The position numbers were made by a program, and so were the translations under genes. A stretch of DNA of 64,000 bases from Gemmatimonadota bacterium (GTDB lineage Bacteria > Gemmatimonadota > Gemmatimonadetes > Longimicrobiales > Gaopeijiaceae), in assembly GCA_039589315.1 (NCBI GenBank), contig JBDHHQ010000001.1, forward strand, positions 32,001 to 96,000, written 5' to 3'. The notes under the pieces were generated by a model. It was not told the DNA's origin. It saw nothing but the letters and a program-made list of their open reading frames with translations, and did not search any database. Position 1 is the stretch's first letter, and each line of letters opens with the position of its first letter. Below are positions 40,127-50,369 of this stretch, one piece after another.

Positions 40127-41343
40127 GGCCCGATGCCCCGCGACCGTCTGAGCTCCCTGGTTCCGTGCCACGCGGCCGCCAGCAAGGCTGCCATGCCGTC
40201 GGTGAGCACCTGCGCTCTCCGCTCCTGCATGCGGCGGGCGGTTTCCAGGAAGCGGTCCAGCCGATGCTCCGTGAGCTCGGTCCCGGCCCCCCAGGCAAAG
40301 GGCGGCACGTACTTGGGCGGCATCTGGCCGCCGAAGACATTCGAGCCCGCACCGATGACGGCCCCGGTGTTCAGGAGCGTGCCGATGCCCGTGCGCACGT
40401 AGTCGCCCAGGTAGCAGCCGACCTTGAGGCGTCCCGTGTCCACGGGGCCGCTGCCGAGCTCCACCCGGACCGGGCCATACGTGTTCTTGAGATCGCTGTT
40501 GGTCGTCAAGGCCCCCAGGTTGATCCAGCGCCCCAGCAGGGCATGTCCGAGATAGCCGTCGTGCGCCTTGTTGCAGAATCCCGTGAGAACCGAGTCCGCC
40601 ACCTCGCCACGCACGATGCAGCGGCGGCCGAGGCTGCTATTCGCCACGGTCCCACCTAGAAGGACGGACTGGGGGCCCACGTACAGGGGGCCCGTGAGCC
40701 TGGCGGGGCCGAGGGCGCGGGCGTCCCCGTCCAGGATCACCGGTCCGTCCCGGGTATCCACGACGACGCCGGGCTCGATGACCGCCTCCGGCCCCAGGAG
40801 CACCGGATCTTCGCCGATCCGCGCCACCTCCGAGGGTGGGGCGGCACGAAGCCCCGCCGTGACGGCGTCGTCCCGGATCCGCGCTCCGTTCCGCTCCACC
40901 AGCTCCCAGGGGGCGTCGAGGAGGAAGCCCTCGACCCGGACCGGAGGGGGCGCGGCCGACCAGGCAGCCGGGATGGCCAGGGCCGAAGGGGGCGGTGACG
41001 GCACGCCCGCCGGTAGGATCCAGCCGGCTACGCCGTCCTCGGTCAACAGCGTGGCCGGCGCGGCGGGGACGGGGAGCGTCACTTCGGGGAGCACCGCCCG
41101 GCTGCTGACCAGAATCCTCGCCGACGAGGGATCTCCGGGGAGCTCCACGACCGGAGGCGCCCCCTTCTCCTCGAAGCCGGCGAGTGCGGATCCGGCGACG
41201 TGCCCGGAGCAGGGGAGTCCCCACGAGCTCTCCGCCCGCTCCCTCAGCAGGGCGCATCCGAACAGCAGCTCGCCCACGGGTCGCGTCAGGGCGAACGGCT
41301 CCCAGGCTCGCGCCCGGGCGTCGTCAAAGAGGAAGAGCGTCAT
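40123..41343 (-). CDS. GlmU-like sugar nucleotidyl/acyl-transferase with hexapeptide repeats
   Basis: PFALTRPVGELLFG; left-handed beta-helix repeats; NKAHDGYLGH; NLGALTTNSDLKN. Confidence 0.8.
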   Translation of the reverse strand: MTLFLFDDARARAWEPFALTRPVGELLFGCALLRERAESSWGLPCSGHVAGSALAGFEEKGAPPVVELPGDPSSARILVSSRAVLPEVTLPVPAAPATLLTEDGVAGWILPAGVPSPPPSALAIPAAWSAAPPPVRVEGFLLDAPWELVERNGARIRDDAVTAGLRAAPPSEVARIGEDPVLLGPEAVIEPGVVVDTRDGPVILDGDARALGPARLTGPLYVGPQSVLLGGTVANSSLGRRCIVRGEVADSVLTGFCNKAHDGYLGHALLGRWINLGALTTNSDLKNTYGPVRVELGSGPVDTGRLKVGCYLGDYVRTGIGTLLNTGAVIGAGSNVFGGQMPPKYVPPFAWGAGTELTEHRLDRFLETARRMQERRAQVLTDGMAALLAAAWHGTRELRRSRGIGP

Positions 41344-41389
41344 GGCCCGCAGGGCGTCTCCCTTCGCGGGGTGAATGGGCGCGGGTCAT

Positions 41390-42472
41390 CTACGACGGGT
41401 CACGGAGCCGCTCGGGGAGCGCCGCCAGGAGCTCCTTCAGCTCGGGCGCTCTTCGGCGGGGAGTCACGAGGGTGACGCCGCCGGAGCGGACGACCACCAG
41501 GTCGTGAACGCCGAAGAGGACGACGGCGCCGTCTTCGGAGTAGGCGATGTTCCGACCTCCGTCGACGACGTGAGCGTCTCCGATCCGGATGTTGCCGGCC
41601 TCGTCGGCCTCTCTCGTGCGGCCCAGGGCCTCCCAGGATCCAACGTCGTCCCAGGAGAACGCCGCCCGCACCGTGGACACCCGTTGGCTGCGCTCGAGGA
41701 CCGCCACGTCGATGGCCACGGCCTCGGCGGCATCGAAGAAGCCCTGGACCTCACCCCTTTCGAGATGAGGGAGCAGCCGCCCGATCTCCGGGGCCACCGC
41801 CTCGATCTCGGCGAGAAGCACCGAGGCCTTCCACACGAAGATCCCCGAGTTCCAGAGGTAGCCGGCGGATACGTACCGAGCCGCGGTCTCCGCGTCCGGC
41901 TTCTCCACGAAGGCCTCGACGTCGAAGGCCTCGGGCGTTCCTTCCACCGGAAGCGCGTCGCCCGGCAGGACGTAGCCGTATCCGGTCTCGGGCCGGTCGG
42001 GCACGACGCCCACGGTCACAAGCCGGTCGAACCGGCCGGCAACCTCCGCGGCGCGGGCGATCACGGCGCGGAAGCCCTCGAGGGGCTGGATCACATGGTC
42101 GGAGTGGAGTGACACCAGAATTGCGTCGGGGTCGAGGCGGGCCAGCTCCCAAGCGGCCCACGCCAGAACCGGTCCCGTGCCCCGGGCTCTGGGCTCGCGC
42201 AGCAGGGTCTCGGGGCCCAGCTCGGGGAGCGAGGCCATGATCCGATCTGCCACTGGGCCCCCGGCCAGAACGCGGATTCGCTCCGGCGGCACCAGAGCGA
42301 GGGCCCGGTTCACGGTGTCCTCCACGATGGGCCGGTCTCCGCCCAGCGGAAGGAGCTGCTTCGGCCGAAGCGGGGTGCTCACCGGCCAGAAGCGGGATCC
42401 CACGCCGCCGGCCAGCACCGTGATCCAGAGGTGCGGATCAGGGGTGTTCGAGGAGGGCGTCGATGAGGGCAA
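41390..42472 (-). CDS. manC: Mannose-1-phosphate guanylyltransferase (no PMI domain)
   Basis: LAGGVGSRFWPVS..PKQLL, PETGYGY, FVEKPD, WNSGIF, WDDVGSW; start uncertain. Confidence 0.9.
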   Translation of the reverse strand: MPSSTPSSNTPDPHLWITVLAGGVGSRFWPVSTPLRPKQLLPLGGDRPIVEDTVNRALALVPPERIRVLAGGPVADRIMASLPELGPETLLREPRARGTGPVLAWAAWELARLDPDAILVSLHSDHVIQPLEGFRAVIARAAEVAGRFDRLVTVGVVPDRPETGYGYVLPGDALPVEGTPEAFDVEAFVEKPDAETAARYVSAGYLWNSGIFVWKASVLLAEIEAVAPEIGRLLPHLERGEVQGFFDAAEAVAIDVAVLERSQRVSTVRAAFSWDDVGSWEALGRTREADEAGNIRIGDAHVVDGGRNIAYSEDGAVVLFGVHDLVVVRSGGVTLVTPRRRAPELKELLAALPERLRDPS

Positions 42473-42839
42473 GCAGCTTCTTCGGGCTGAAGGGCTTGGT
42501 GACGAAGTCTCTCGCTCCCAGGGAGAACGCTTGCTCCCGGTCGGTATCCTGGCCCTTGGCCGTGAGGACGACGATCGGGAGGCTCAGGCGGTGGTCGAGC
42601 TCCTGCACCCTGGCCAGCACCTCGAGTCCCGAGGCCTCGGGCATCATGAGGTCGAGCAGCACGAGGTCGTAGTGGGTGTCTCCCTCCAGGACATCCAGGG
42701 CGGCGCGGCCGTCGGGTACCGTGTCGATGTCGAAGGGGCGGGACCGGAGCAGGGTGGTCAGGATCCGCCGGACATGGGGTTCGTCGTCGGCAACCAGGAC
42801 CCGCCGCTCGCCGGCGGGAGTCGGTGCCCTTTCGACCAA
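42438..42839 (-). CDS. Single-domain response regulator (receiver only)
   Basis: LVADDE, LLDLMMP, LTAKG, TKPFS; AGGAGG before the TTG start. Confidence 0.9.
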   Translation of the reverse strand: MVERAPTPAGERRVLVADDEPHVRRILTTLLRSRPFDIDTVPDGRAALDVLEGDTHYDLVLLDLMMPEASGLEVLARVQELDHRLSLPIVVLTAKGQDTDREQAFSLGARDFVTKPFSPKKLLALIDALLEHP

Positions 42840-42878
42840 GAGAACCTCCTGCTGGGGAGACCGATCCTGAAGGCGGGG

Positions 42879-42908
42879 AACCTACCGGCCGGGGGGTGTA
42901 AATGTCAA
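42879..42908 (-). promoter_or_regulatory. Sigma-70 promoter of the receiver-manC operon
   Basis: TTGACA-N18-TAGGTT on the - strand. Confidence 0.6.
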
Positions 42909-43002
42909 GAAATCAGCGCCTTCCCGGCCTCCGCTGACAGCGGTGTGCCGCCGGGTGCCGGAAGCGTTCGCGCAGGTCCCTCGCACCTCTGACGACACCC
43001 AA

Positions 43003-43587
43003 GTGAATCGACCCCGCTCCCCGTCCCGGCTACTGGTCTCGGGTCTGACGGCGCTCGTTCTCGGCGGCGCCGCGGCCGCCTGTGGGGACGACCCGTTCCA
43101 GATCACCTGGATCTCGACGCCCGACACCACGGTGATCTACTCGTTGGCCCGCCCCGAGCTGGGATTGCCGTCCGCCTTCGACTTCCTGGATCGTGACCGT
43201 TTCGTGGTCGAGGCACCGGGCTCCACCGACGCGTGGGACGTGGCGCTGGACACGCGTGACGGGCGTCTGGCCCTGGTCCCGCCCGGCGCCCTGGGAGTCG
43301 TGAGCGAGGCGCGCATCACGGTGATCGCGGACGTGAGCTTCGACGATGTCCTGGAGGCACCGGCGGATACGACCCTGTACACGGCCACGGATCCGGTCTT
43401 CCTCGCCCTGGGCAATGTCTACGTGGTGCGCACACGCCTCCAGTCCTCCAGCTTCGGTGTCTGTATGTTCTACGCCAAGCTCGAGCCCCTCGTCATCGAC
43501 ACGGAGCTCGAGAGCGTCCATTTCGTCTTCGACAACAACCCCCGCTGCGAGGACCGAAACCTCCAGCCTGACCAGGAACGGAGCTGA
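43003..43587 (+). CDS. Lipoprotein, HmuY-like
   Basis: Lipobox-like AAAC-GDD; WDVAL, FDDV..AP and VYVVRT..YAKL resemble the HmuY family; start at GTG 43003 (42943 also in frame). Confidence 0.6.
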   Translation: MNRPRSPSRLLVSGLTALVLGGAAAACGDDPFQITWISTPDTTVIYSLARPELGLPSAFDFLDRDRFVVEAPGSTDAWDVALDTRDGRLALVPPGALGVVSEARITVIADVSFDDVLEAPADTTLYTATDPVFLALGNVYVVRTRLQSSSFGVCMFYAKLEPLVIDTELESVHFVFDNNPRCEDRNLQPDQERS

Positions 43588-43591
43588 CGTC

Positions 43592-44866
43592 ATGCTGGAC
43601 ATCCGTTCGATCCGGCAGGAGCCCGACACGCTCAAGGCCGGCCTGGCCAGAAGGGGCGTCGAGGGCGGCGACGGCATGGTGGACGAGCTCCTCGCCCAGG
43701 ACCTGAGCCGCCGTGAGGGGATCGCCGAGGTCGACGTGTTGAAAGCCCGGCGCAACGAGGCCTCCCGCCGAATCGGCGAGATGAAGAAGGCGGGCGAGAC
43801 GGCCGACGACGTCATCGCCGAGATGCGGGCCGTGGCCACGGCCATCGGCGAGCTCGACGCCCGGGTGATGGCGTGCGACCGCCGAATCGAGGAGCTCTTG
43901 CTGTCCATCCCCAACTCGCCCCTGGCCGAGGTGCCGTGCGGCGGTGAGGAGAACAACGAGGTCGTGCGGACCTGGGGCACGCGCCGGGAGTTCGACTTCG
44001 CCCCCCAGGCCCATTGGGACCTGGGCGAGGCCCTGGACATCCTGGACCTGCCCCGCGGCGCCAAGGTGTCCGGATCGGGCTTTCCGCTGCTGAAGGGCGT
44101 GGGCGCTCGCCTGCAGCGCGTGCTCATCGACTTCATGATCGACCTGCACGTCGGGGAGCACGGGTACCGGGAGCTGCGCGTGCCGTATCTGGTCACCCCT
44201 GAGGCGCTCATGGGCACTGGACAGCTCCCCAAGTTCGCCGATGAGTCGTACCAGACCGAACGCGACGACCTGTGGCTGATCCCGACCGCGGAGGTGCCGG
44301 TCACCAACCTCCACCGGGACGAGATCCTGGAGGCGGACGAGCTCCCGGTTCTGTACACCGCCTACTCGCCGTGCTTCAGGCGAGAGGCGGGCGCAGCCGG
44401 AAAGGACACCCGGGGGCTGCTTCGCGTGCACCAGTTCGACAAGGTCGAGCTCGTCCGCTACGAGCGACCGGACCGGAGCCTGGAGGCCCTGGAGGAGCTC
44501 ACCGGCGAGGCCGAAAGGGTCCTGCAGATCCTGAACCTGCCGTACCGGGTCGTGCGGCTGGCGACGGGAGACCTGGGCTTCTCTTCGGCCATGACGTACG
44601 ACCTCGAGGTGTGGGCCCCCGGCGTGGAGCGGTGGCTCGAAGTCTCGAGCTGTAGCACCTTCACGGACTATCAGAGCCGACGGGCCAACATCCGATTCCG
44701 ACCGGCCGCCGGGGAGAAGCCCCGGTTCGTCCACACCCTGAACGGGTCCGGGCTCGCGTTGCCCCGGTTGATGGTGGCGATCCTGGAGACCTACCAGGAG
44801 GCAGATGGAACCGTCACGGTGCCAGAATCGGTCCGGGATCGGCTCGGGACGGATCGCCTGGCGTAG
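43592..44866 (+). CDS. serS: Serine--tRNA ligase
   Basis: MLDIR, GTGQLPKF, LIPTAEVP, FRREAG..G.DTRGL.RVHQFDKVE, EVSSCS, HTLNGSGLA. Confidence 0.97.
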   Translation: MLDIRSIRQEPDTLKAGLARRGVEGGDGMVDELLAQDLSRREGIAEVDVLKARRNEASRRIGEMKKAGETADDVIAEMRAVATAIGELDARVMACDRRIEELLLSIPNSPLAEVPCGGEENNEVVRTWGTRREFDFAPQAHWDLGEALDILDLPRGAKVSGSGFPLLKGVGARLQRVLIDFMIDLHVGEHGYRELRVPYLVTPEALMGTGQLPKFADESYQTERDDLWLIPTAEVPVTNLHRDEILEADELPVLYTAYSPCFRREAGAAGKDTRGLLRVHQFDKVELVRYERPDRSLEALEELTGEAERVLQILNLPYRVVRLATGDLGFSSAMTYDLEVWAPGVERWLEVSSCSTFTDYQSRRANIRFRPAAGEKPRFVHTLNGSGLALPRLMVAILETYQEADGTVTVPESVRDRLGTDRLA

Positions 44867-44929
44867 GCGAGGGCCGCGGGGACGGAGTGTCCGTACCCGG
44901 AGCTCGCACGACCGACCTGGAGGGGCCGC

Positions 44930-46180
44930 GTGCTGACCCGGAGGGGTTGGTCGCTGGCCCTGGCCGTGCTGTTCGGCAGCCTGCTCGTCTGGTACATCGC
45001 CTACACCCAGCGGATCGTGGACGCGCTCCGGGAAGACGGTGCGGTCCTGACCGAGGTGTTCGCCGAGGTCCAGGAGTGGGCCAGCGATCCCGACCCCGCC
45101 GCGGCCGACGAGACCCTCTTCGAGCTCCAGCGCCTGGTCGTGGAGGTGGGTGTGCCTCTCGTAGTCACCGACCCACGAGATTCGGTTCTGGCCGTGGAGA
45201 ACCTGCCCTTCGAAGCCGACCCGACGACGCCCGAGGGTCAGGCCCGGATCCAGCAATACGTCGTCCAGCTCTCCGCCCGGCGGAGCCCGGTGGGAGACCC
45301 GGCGGGGAACCACATCCACTTCGGTGACACGCCGGTCGTACGGCAGCTGCGCTGGGTCCCCTGGCTCCAGGTCGGGGGGCTGGTGCTGACCGCCCTGATC
45401 GGCTTCGTGGTGTTCACCTTTCAACGCAGGGCCGAGGCGGAGCGGGCGTGGGCCGGGATGGCCAGGGAGCTGGCCCACCAGCTCGGCACACCGCTCAGCT
45501 CGCTGGAGGGCTGGCTCGAGCTGCTTCGACTGCCGCTTGACGAGCGACCCGAGAGCCTCCCCAGCCTCGAGATTGCCCGGGGGATCGAGGAGGACCTGGA
45601 GCGCCTGGAGCGGGTGAGCCGCCGGTTCGAGCTCATCGGCCGGTCACCGGACCTCCGTCCGTTGGCTCTGTCGACGGTGGGGGGGGAATTGGAGCAGTAC
45701 ATACGCGCCCGGCTCCCTCGTTTCGGCTCCGACGTGCGTCTCATGGTGGACATTCCGGACACCTTGCCCCTCATCCGCGGCAACGGAGTGCTGCTCGTCT
45801 GGGCCCTGGAGAACCTGGTGAAGAACTCGTTGGACGCCCTGGCCGGCCGCGGCGGGCGCATCATGATCTATGCCCGGTCCGAGACGCCGGGCTGGGTGAC
45901 GCTCCGCGTGCGCGACACCGGTCCCGGTGTGACCGTCGATCTCCGGGAACGCCTCTTCGAGCCGGGGACGAGCGGCAAGAAGGGGGGATGGGGCGTCGGC
46001 CTGGCGCTGGCGCAGCGGATTTTCGAGAGCATGCACGGCGGTCGCATCGAGCTCTTGGAGCGGAACCGACGAGGCGCGACCTTTCAGGTGCGGTTGCCGA
46101 CCGCCGCCGAGACCCTCGAGCCCGTTCCCCAGGTGCGTGCGGCGGGTGCGGATCGGACCCCTGGCGCCGCGCCGCGTTGA
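44930..46180 (+). CDS. Membrane sensor histidine kinase
   Basis: Two TM; WAGMARELAHQLGTPLSSL; ENLVKNSLDA; DTGPG; GWGVGL. Confidence 0.92.
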   Translation: MLTRRGWSLALAVLFGSLLVWYIAYTQRIVDALREDGAVLTEVFAEVQEWASDPDPAAADETLFELQRLVVEVGVPLVVTDPRDSVLAVENLPFEADPTTPEGQARIQQYVVQLSARRSPVGDPAGNHIHFGDTPVVRQLRWVPWLQVGGLVLTALIGFVVFTFQRRAEAERAWAGMARELAHQLGTPLSSLEGWLELLRLPLDERPESLPSLEIARGIEEDLERLERVSRRFELIGRSPDLRPLALSTVGGELEQYIRARLPRFGSDVRLMVDIPDTLPLIRGNGVLLVWALENLVKNSLDALAGRGGRIMIYARSETPGWVTLRVRDTGPGVTVDLRERLFEPGTSGKKGGWGVGLALAQRIFESMHGGRIELLERNRRGATFQVRLPTAAETLEPVPQVRAAGADRTPGAAPR

Positions 46181-46263
46181 GGCCTAGCCTCGAGCGACTC
46201 GGTGCCGGAGTCTCGGCGCTGGCCCTGGGGCACCACCGCTCGTCCACATCCTTGCCGGAGCCC

Positions 46264-48549
46264 ATGATCGAGAAGGACCACGCCGCCCCGCCCTACGCCC
46301 AGGGCCTGAACCCCGAACAGCAAGCAGCCGTCTCCCACTTCGAGGGACCGATCCTGGTACTGGCCGGCGCCGGGTCCGGCAAGACCCGGGTGCTGACGGT
46401 GAGGATCTGTCACCTGATCCAGCACCATGGGGTGCCGCCGGAACGGATCCTCGCCGTCACCTTCACCAACAAGGCGGCACAGGAGATGAGGACGAGGATC
46501 CGCCGCGCCCTGGGCACCGAGCCGGCGGGCATGTGGATGGGCACGTTCCACTCCATGGGCGCGCGCCTGCTCCGGCGTCATGCGCCGCAGCTGGGTTGGT
46601 CCCACACCTTCACCATCCTCGATGCCGAGCAGAGCCTCCGGCAGATCAAGCGGACCACCGAGGCGGTGGGCCTCGATCCGAAGCGGTGGTCACCGAAGGC
46701 GATCCGGGCCCAGATCAGCGGTGCCAAGAACCAGCTCGTGGGTCCCCAGGACTTCGCCGCCGACAACGGGGACAGCTTCGACGTGTTCGTCCGCAACGTC
46801 GCGAAGGTGTATCCCCGTTATCAGCGCTCCCTGAAGGACCAGAACGCCTTCGACTTCGACGATCTGCTCGTGAGACCCGTGGAGCTTCTCCAGCAGGACG
46901 AGCGCCTCCTCGAGCGGTACCGCGAGCGATTCGCCTTCGTCCTGGTGGACGAGTATCAGGACACCAACCGGGCCCAGTTCCGCTTTGTGGAGCTACTGGC
47001 CGGGGAGCACCGGAACCTCATGGTCGTGGGCGACGACGATCAGAGCATCTACGGCTGGAGGGGCGCCGACATCCGCAACATCCTCGACTTCGAGCAAGCG
47101 TTTCCCGGGGCCGCCACCGTGCGGCTCGAGCAGAACTACCGGTCCACGGAGCGGATCCTGGCCGCAGCCAACGCCGTGATCGCGCTGAACTTGCGGCGAA
47201 AGGGCAAGACGCTGCGCACGGAACGGGTGGGCGGGGAGACGATCACGCTCGTCGAGACGGGCGATGAGACGGACGAAGCCGGCTGGATCGTCGAGGAGAT
47301 CCTGGAGCGGTTCCAGGACCGGCCCGACCGAAGCTACCGGCGCTTCTCGGTGCTCTACCGCACAAACGCCCAATCCAGGGCGCTCGAAGACGCCTTTCGG
47401 CGGCGCGGTGTCCCGTACCAGGTCGTGGGCGGCGTCCGCTTCTATGAGCGGCGTGAGATCCAGGACGTGCTGGCGTACCTGCGCCTCATCTCGAATCCCA
47501 AGGATGCCGAGGCCTTCGATCGGGTGGTCAACTACCCGCGACGCGGCGTCGGAGCCACGAGCATGGGGCACGTCAGGGGCTGGGCAGAGTCCGAGGACCT
47601 GACCCTCCTCGAGGCGGCGGCCCGAAGCTCCGAGATCGCCGGGCTGCGGACGGCCGCCGCCCGGGGCCTCGACGGCGTCGCCTCGCTGATCCAACGGTAC
47701 TCGGCCAGGGCGGCCCGGCAGCGCGTCGGCGACCTGCTCAGCGACCTGATCGAGGAGTTGGAGCTGGTGAGGCACCTCCGCGCCGAGGGCCCCGAGGGCG
47801 AAGACAGGATCGAGAACGTCAAGGAGCTCATCGCCGGGGCGCTGGACTTCGACGCGGAGCTGATGGAGGACTGGGACGAGGGCGAGCGCGACCGCTTCAC
47901 CGAGTTGGACCTGTTCCTGCAGCAGGTGGCGCTCGTCGCCGACGTGGACCGCCATGATCCGGACGCCGACGCGGTGGTCCTCATGACCCTCCACAACGCG
48001 AAGGGCCTGGAGTTCCCCTCGGTGTTCATCGCCGGCCTGGAGGACGGGCTGTTCCCCCTGAGTCGGGCCTTCGAGGAGCCCGAGCAACTGGAGGAGGAGC
48101 GCCGGCTCTTCTACGTGGGGCTCACCCGGGCGGAGGACAAGCTGTACCTGACGCATGCACGCCGCCGCCGCCGAGCCGGCGAGTACATGTATGGCGGCCT
48201 CTCCTCCTTCGTGGAGGCGATCCCCGCCGATCTGCTGGAGAAGCGGAAGTCGCTGAGGCTCCGAGCCCGGGACACGGCGTCGGAGGCCTACCGGACCCGG
48301 GTGCCGGCCCGGACGGAAGCCGCCCGCCGGCCCATGGCGGACTTCGACCCCGACCTGGACTTCTCCCTGAACCAGGACCTGCCACGGTTCGTGAAGGGTG
48401 AGCGGGTGGTCCATGCGACGTTCGGCGAGGGCTCCATCGTCGACGTCTCCGGCTTCGGCCGGGATCTGAAGCTGCTGGTGGAGTTCGACGAGGTAGGCAG
48501 GAAAAAGCTGCTGGCGCGGTACGCCGGGCTGGAACGGCCCTTCGACTGA
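46264..48549 (+). CDS. pcrA: ATP-dependent DNA helicase PcrA/UvrD
   Basis: LNPEQ, AGAGSGKT, VDEYQDTN, VGDDDQSIY.WRGA, LEQNYRS, TLHNAKGLEF, EERRLFYVG; C-terminal Tudor-like domain. Confidence 0.95.
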   Translation: MIEKDHAAPPYAQGLNPEQQAAVSHFEGPILVLAGAGSGKTRVLTVRICHLIQHHGVPPERILAVTFTNKAAQEMRTRIRRALGTEPAGMWMGTFHSMGARLLRRHAPQLGWSHTFTILDAEQSLRQIKRTTEAVGLDPKRWSPKAIRAQISGAKNQLVGPQDFAADNGDSFDVFVRNVAKVYPRYQRSLKDQNAFDFDDLLVRPVELLQQDERLLERYRERFAFVLVDEYQDTNRAQFRFVELLAGEHRNLMVVGDDDQSIYGWRGADIRNILDFEQAFPGAATVRLEQNYRSTERILAAANAVIALNLRRKGKTLRTERVGGETITLVETGDETDEAGWIVEEILERFQDRPDRSYRRFSVLYRTNAQSRALEDAFRRRGVPYQVVGGVRFYERREIQDVLAYLRLISNPKDAEAFDRVVNYPRRGVGATSMGHVRGWAESEDLTLLEAAARSSEIAGLRTAAARGLDGVASLIQRYSARAARQRVGDLLSDLIEELELVRHLRAEGPEGEDRIENVKELIAGALDFDAELMEDWDEGERDRFTELDLFLQQVALVADVDRHDPDADAVVLMTLHNAKGLEFPSVFIAGLEDGLFPLSRAFEEPEQLEEERRLFYVGLTRAEDKLYLTHARRRRRAGEYMYGGLSSFVEAIPADLLEKRKSLRLRARDTASEAYRTRVPARTEAARRPMADFDPDLDFSLNQDLPRFVKGERVVHATFGEGSIVDVSGFGRDLKLLVEFDEVGRKKLLARYAGLERPFD

Positions 48550-48561
48550 GGAGACCCGCTC

Positions 48562-48885
48562 TTGTCCGTCACCCCTGAGGACGTACGGCGCGTGGCCGCT
48601 CTGGCCCACCTGGTCTTGCCGGACGACGAGACCCGGCGGCTGACCCGGGAGTTGAATGCCATCCTGGAGCACGTCGCGGCGCTGCCGACGGCCGAAGCGG
48701 CTGAGGCCGCCGGAGCGTCGGTGGGTCCGTCGAGGGCCCCGGAGCGCCGCCCGGGAGACGCCGAGCCCGACCCGCTTCGGCTGCCGCCCGAGAGCTTCGC
48801 GCCGGACTTGCGGGATGGTCTCTTCGTGGTGCCGGGACTGTCGGTCCTGCAGGAGGAGGGCGGGGGGGAGGGCCCCGACCCGTGA
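48562..48885 (+). CDS. gatC: Asp/Glu-tRNA amidotransferase subunit C
   Basis: [29 protein letters not shown]; precedes gatAB. Confidence 0.85.
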   Translation: MSVTPEDVRRVAALAHLVLPDDETRRLTRELNAILEHVAALPTAEAAEAAGASVGPSRAPERRPGDAEPDPLRLPPESFAPDLRDGLFVVPGLSVLQEEGGGEGPDP

Positions 48886-50369
48886 GCGACGGGCCTCTCG
48901 CCCGGCCGATCTCGGCCATGGCCCGGGCCGTCCGCGCCGGGACGGTAGGGCCGAGCCACTTCGTCTCCGCCGCCCTGGAGGCGATCCGGGCCCGGGACGA
49001 TCTGAACGCCTTTCTGTCGGTCCTCCCGGGCCCGGAGGCCGGCCCTCCTCCTCCGGCTTCGTCCCCCGGGCAGCCTCGAACCCATGGCGTCGACAGCCCA
49101 GGGAGCAGCACGGCAGCCCGGGAAGACGGAGCGCTGGCGGGCGTGCCCATCGCCGTTAAGGACAACCTGGCGACCCTGGACATGCCGACCACGTGCGCCT
49201 CCCGGATGCTCGAGGGCTATCGGTCACCGTTCGAGGCCACCGCGGTACGCCGCCTCCGCGATGCCGGCGCCGTGATCGTGGGCAAGACCAACCTGGACGA
49301 GTTCGGAATGGGGTCCTCGACCGAAAACTCCGCGCGCGGGCCCACGCTGAACCCGGCGGACCGCGAGCGCGTGCCAGGAGGCAGCTCCGGGGGATCGGCC
49401 GCGGCCGTGGCCGCCGGTCTGGTTCCGGGGGCGCTGGGCTCGGACACCGGGGGCTCGGTGCGTCAGCCCGCCGCCCTGTGCGGAGTCGTGGGCATCAAGC
49501 CCACCTACGGGCTCGTGTCCCGCTACGGGCTCGTGGCCTTCGCCTCGTCGCTGGACCAGGTCGGGACCCTCGCGAGAACGGTGGAGGACGCTGCGGCACT
49601 CCTGGACGCCATCGCCGGGCACGACCCGCGCGACTCCACGTCCCAGGCCCGGCCTCGCCATTCGTTCGCCGCCGCCGCCCTCGGAGGCGCGGAAGGTCTT
49701 CGGGTAGGGGTGCCCAGAGAGTACTTGCCGGAGTCGCTGGGACCCGAGATCCAGCGATTGTGCCAGCGTGCTCTCGACCGCCTCCGAGGTCGGGGCGCAG
49801 AGATCCTGGACGTCTCTCTCCCCAATACGCACCTCGCCATCCCGGCGTACTACGTCATCGCCCCAGCCGAGGCATCCAGCAATCTGGCCAGGTTCGACGG
49901 GGTCCGCTTCGGCCGCCGGGCCGAAGGGTCCCTGTCTCCTCGTGAGATGTATGAGCGATCCAGGTCCGAGGGCTTTGGCGTCGAGGTGAAGCGTCGGATC
50001 ATGCTGGGGACGTACGCGCTGTCCGCCGGCTATTACGACGCCTACTACGGCAGCGCCCAGAGGGCACGGGCTCGCGTGGCAGCCGACTTCGGCGACGCCT
50101 TCCAGGAGATGGACGTGCTCTTCACGCCTACGTCGCCCACGGTCGCCTTCCGCATTGGCGAGCGAGTGCAGGACCCGGTTCAGATGTACTTGAGCGACGT
50201 CTTCACGGTCACCGCCAACCTGGCCGGCATCCCGGCAATGTCCCTACCCATCGGCCGGAGCGGGGGGTTGCCGGTGGGCGGGCAGATCATGGCACCCCAC
50301 TGGGGCGAGGTCTCCATGCTCCGGGCGGCGGGCGCCCTGGAGGCGGCCCTGGCGGAGGACGGGACGTGA
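48882..50369 (+). CDS. gatA: Asp/Glu-tRNA amidotransferase subunit A
   Basis: [63 protein letters not shown]. Confidence 0.96.
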   Translation: MSDGPLARPISAMARAVRAGTVGPSHFVSAALEAIRARDDLNAFLSVLPGPEAGPPPPASSPGQPRTHGVDSPGSSTAAREDGALAGVPIAVKDNLATLDMPTTCASRMLEGYRSPFEATAVRRLRDAGAVIVGKTNLDEFGMGSSTENSARGPTLNPADRERVPGGSSGGSAAAVAAGLVPGALGSDTGGSVRQPAALCGVVGIKPTYGLVSRYGLVAFASSLDQVGTLARTVEDAAALLDAIAGHDPRDSTSQARPRHSFAAAALGGAEGLRVGVPREYLPESLGPEIQRLCQRALDRLRGRGAEILDVSLPNTHLAIPAYYVIAPAEASSNLARFDGVRFGRRAEGSLSPREMYERSRSEGFGVEVKRRIMLGTYALSAGYYDAYYGSAQRARARVAADFGDAFQEMDVLFTPTSPTVAFRIGERVQDPVQMYLSDVFTVTANLAGIPAMSLPIGRSGGLPVGGQIMAPHWGEVSMLRAAGALEAALAEDGT

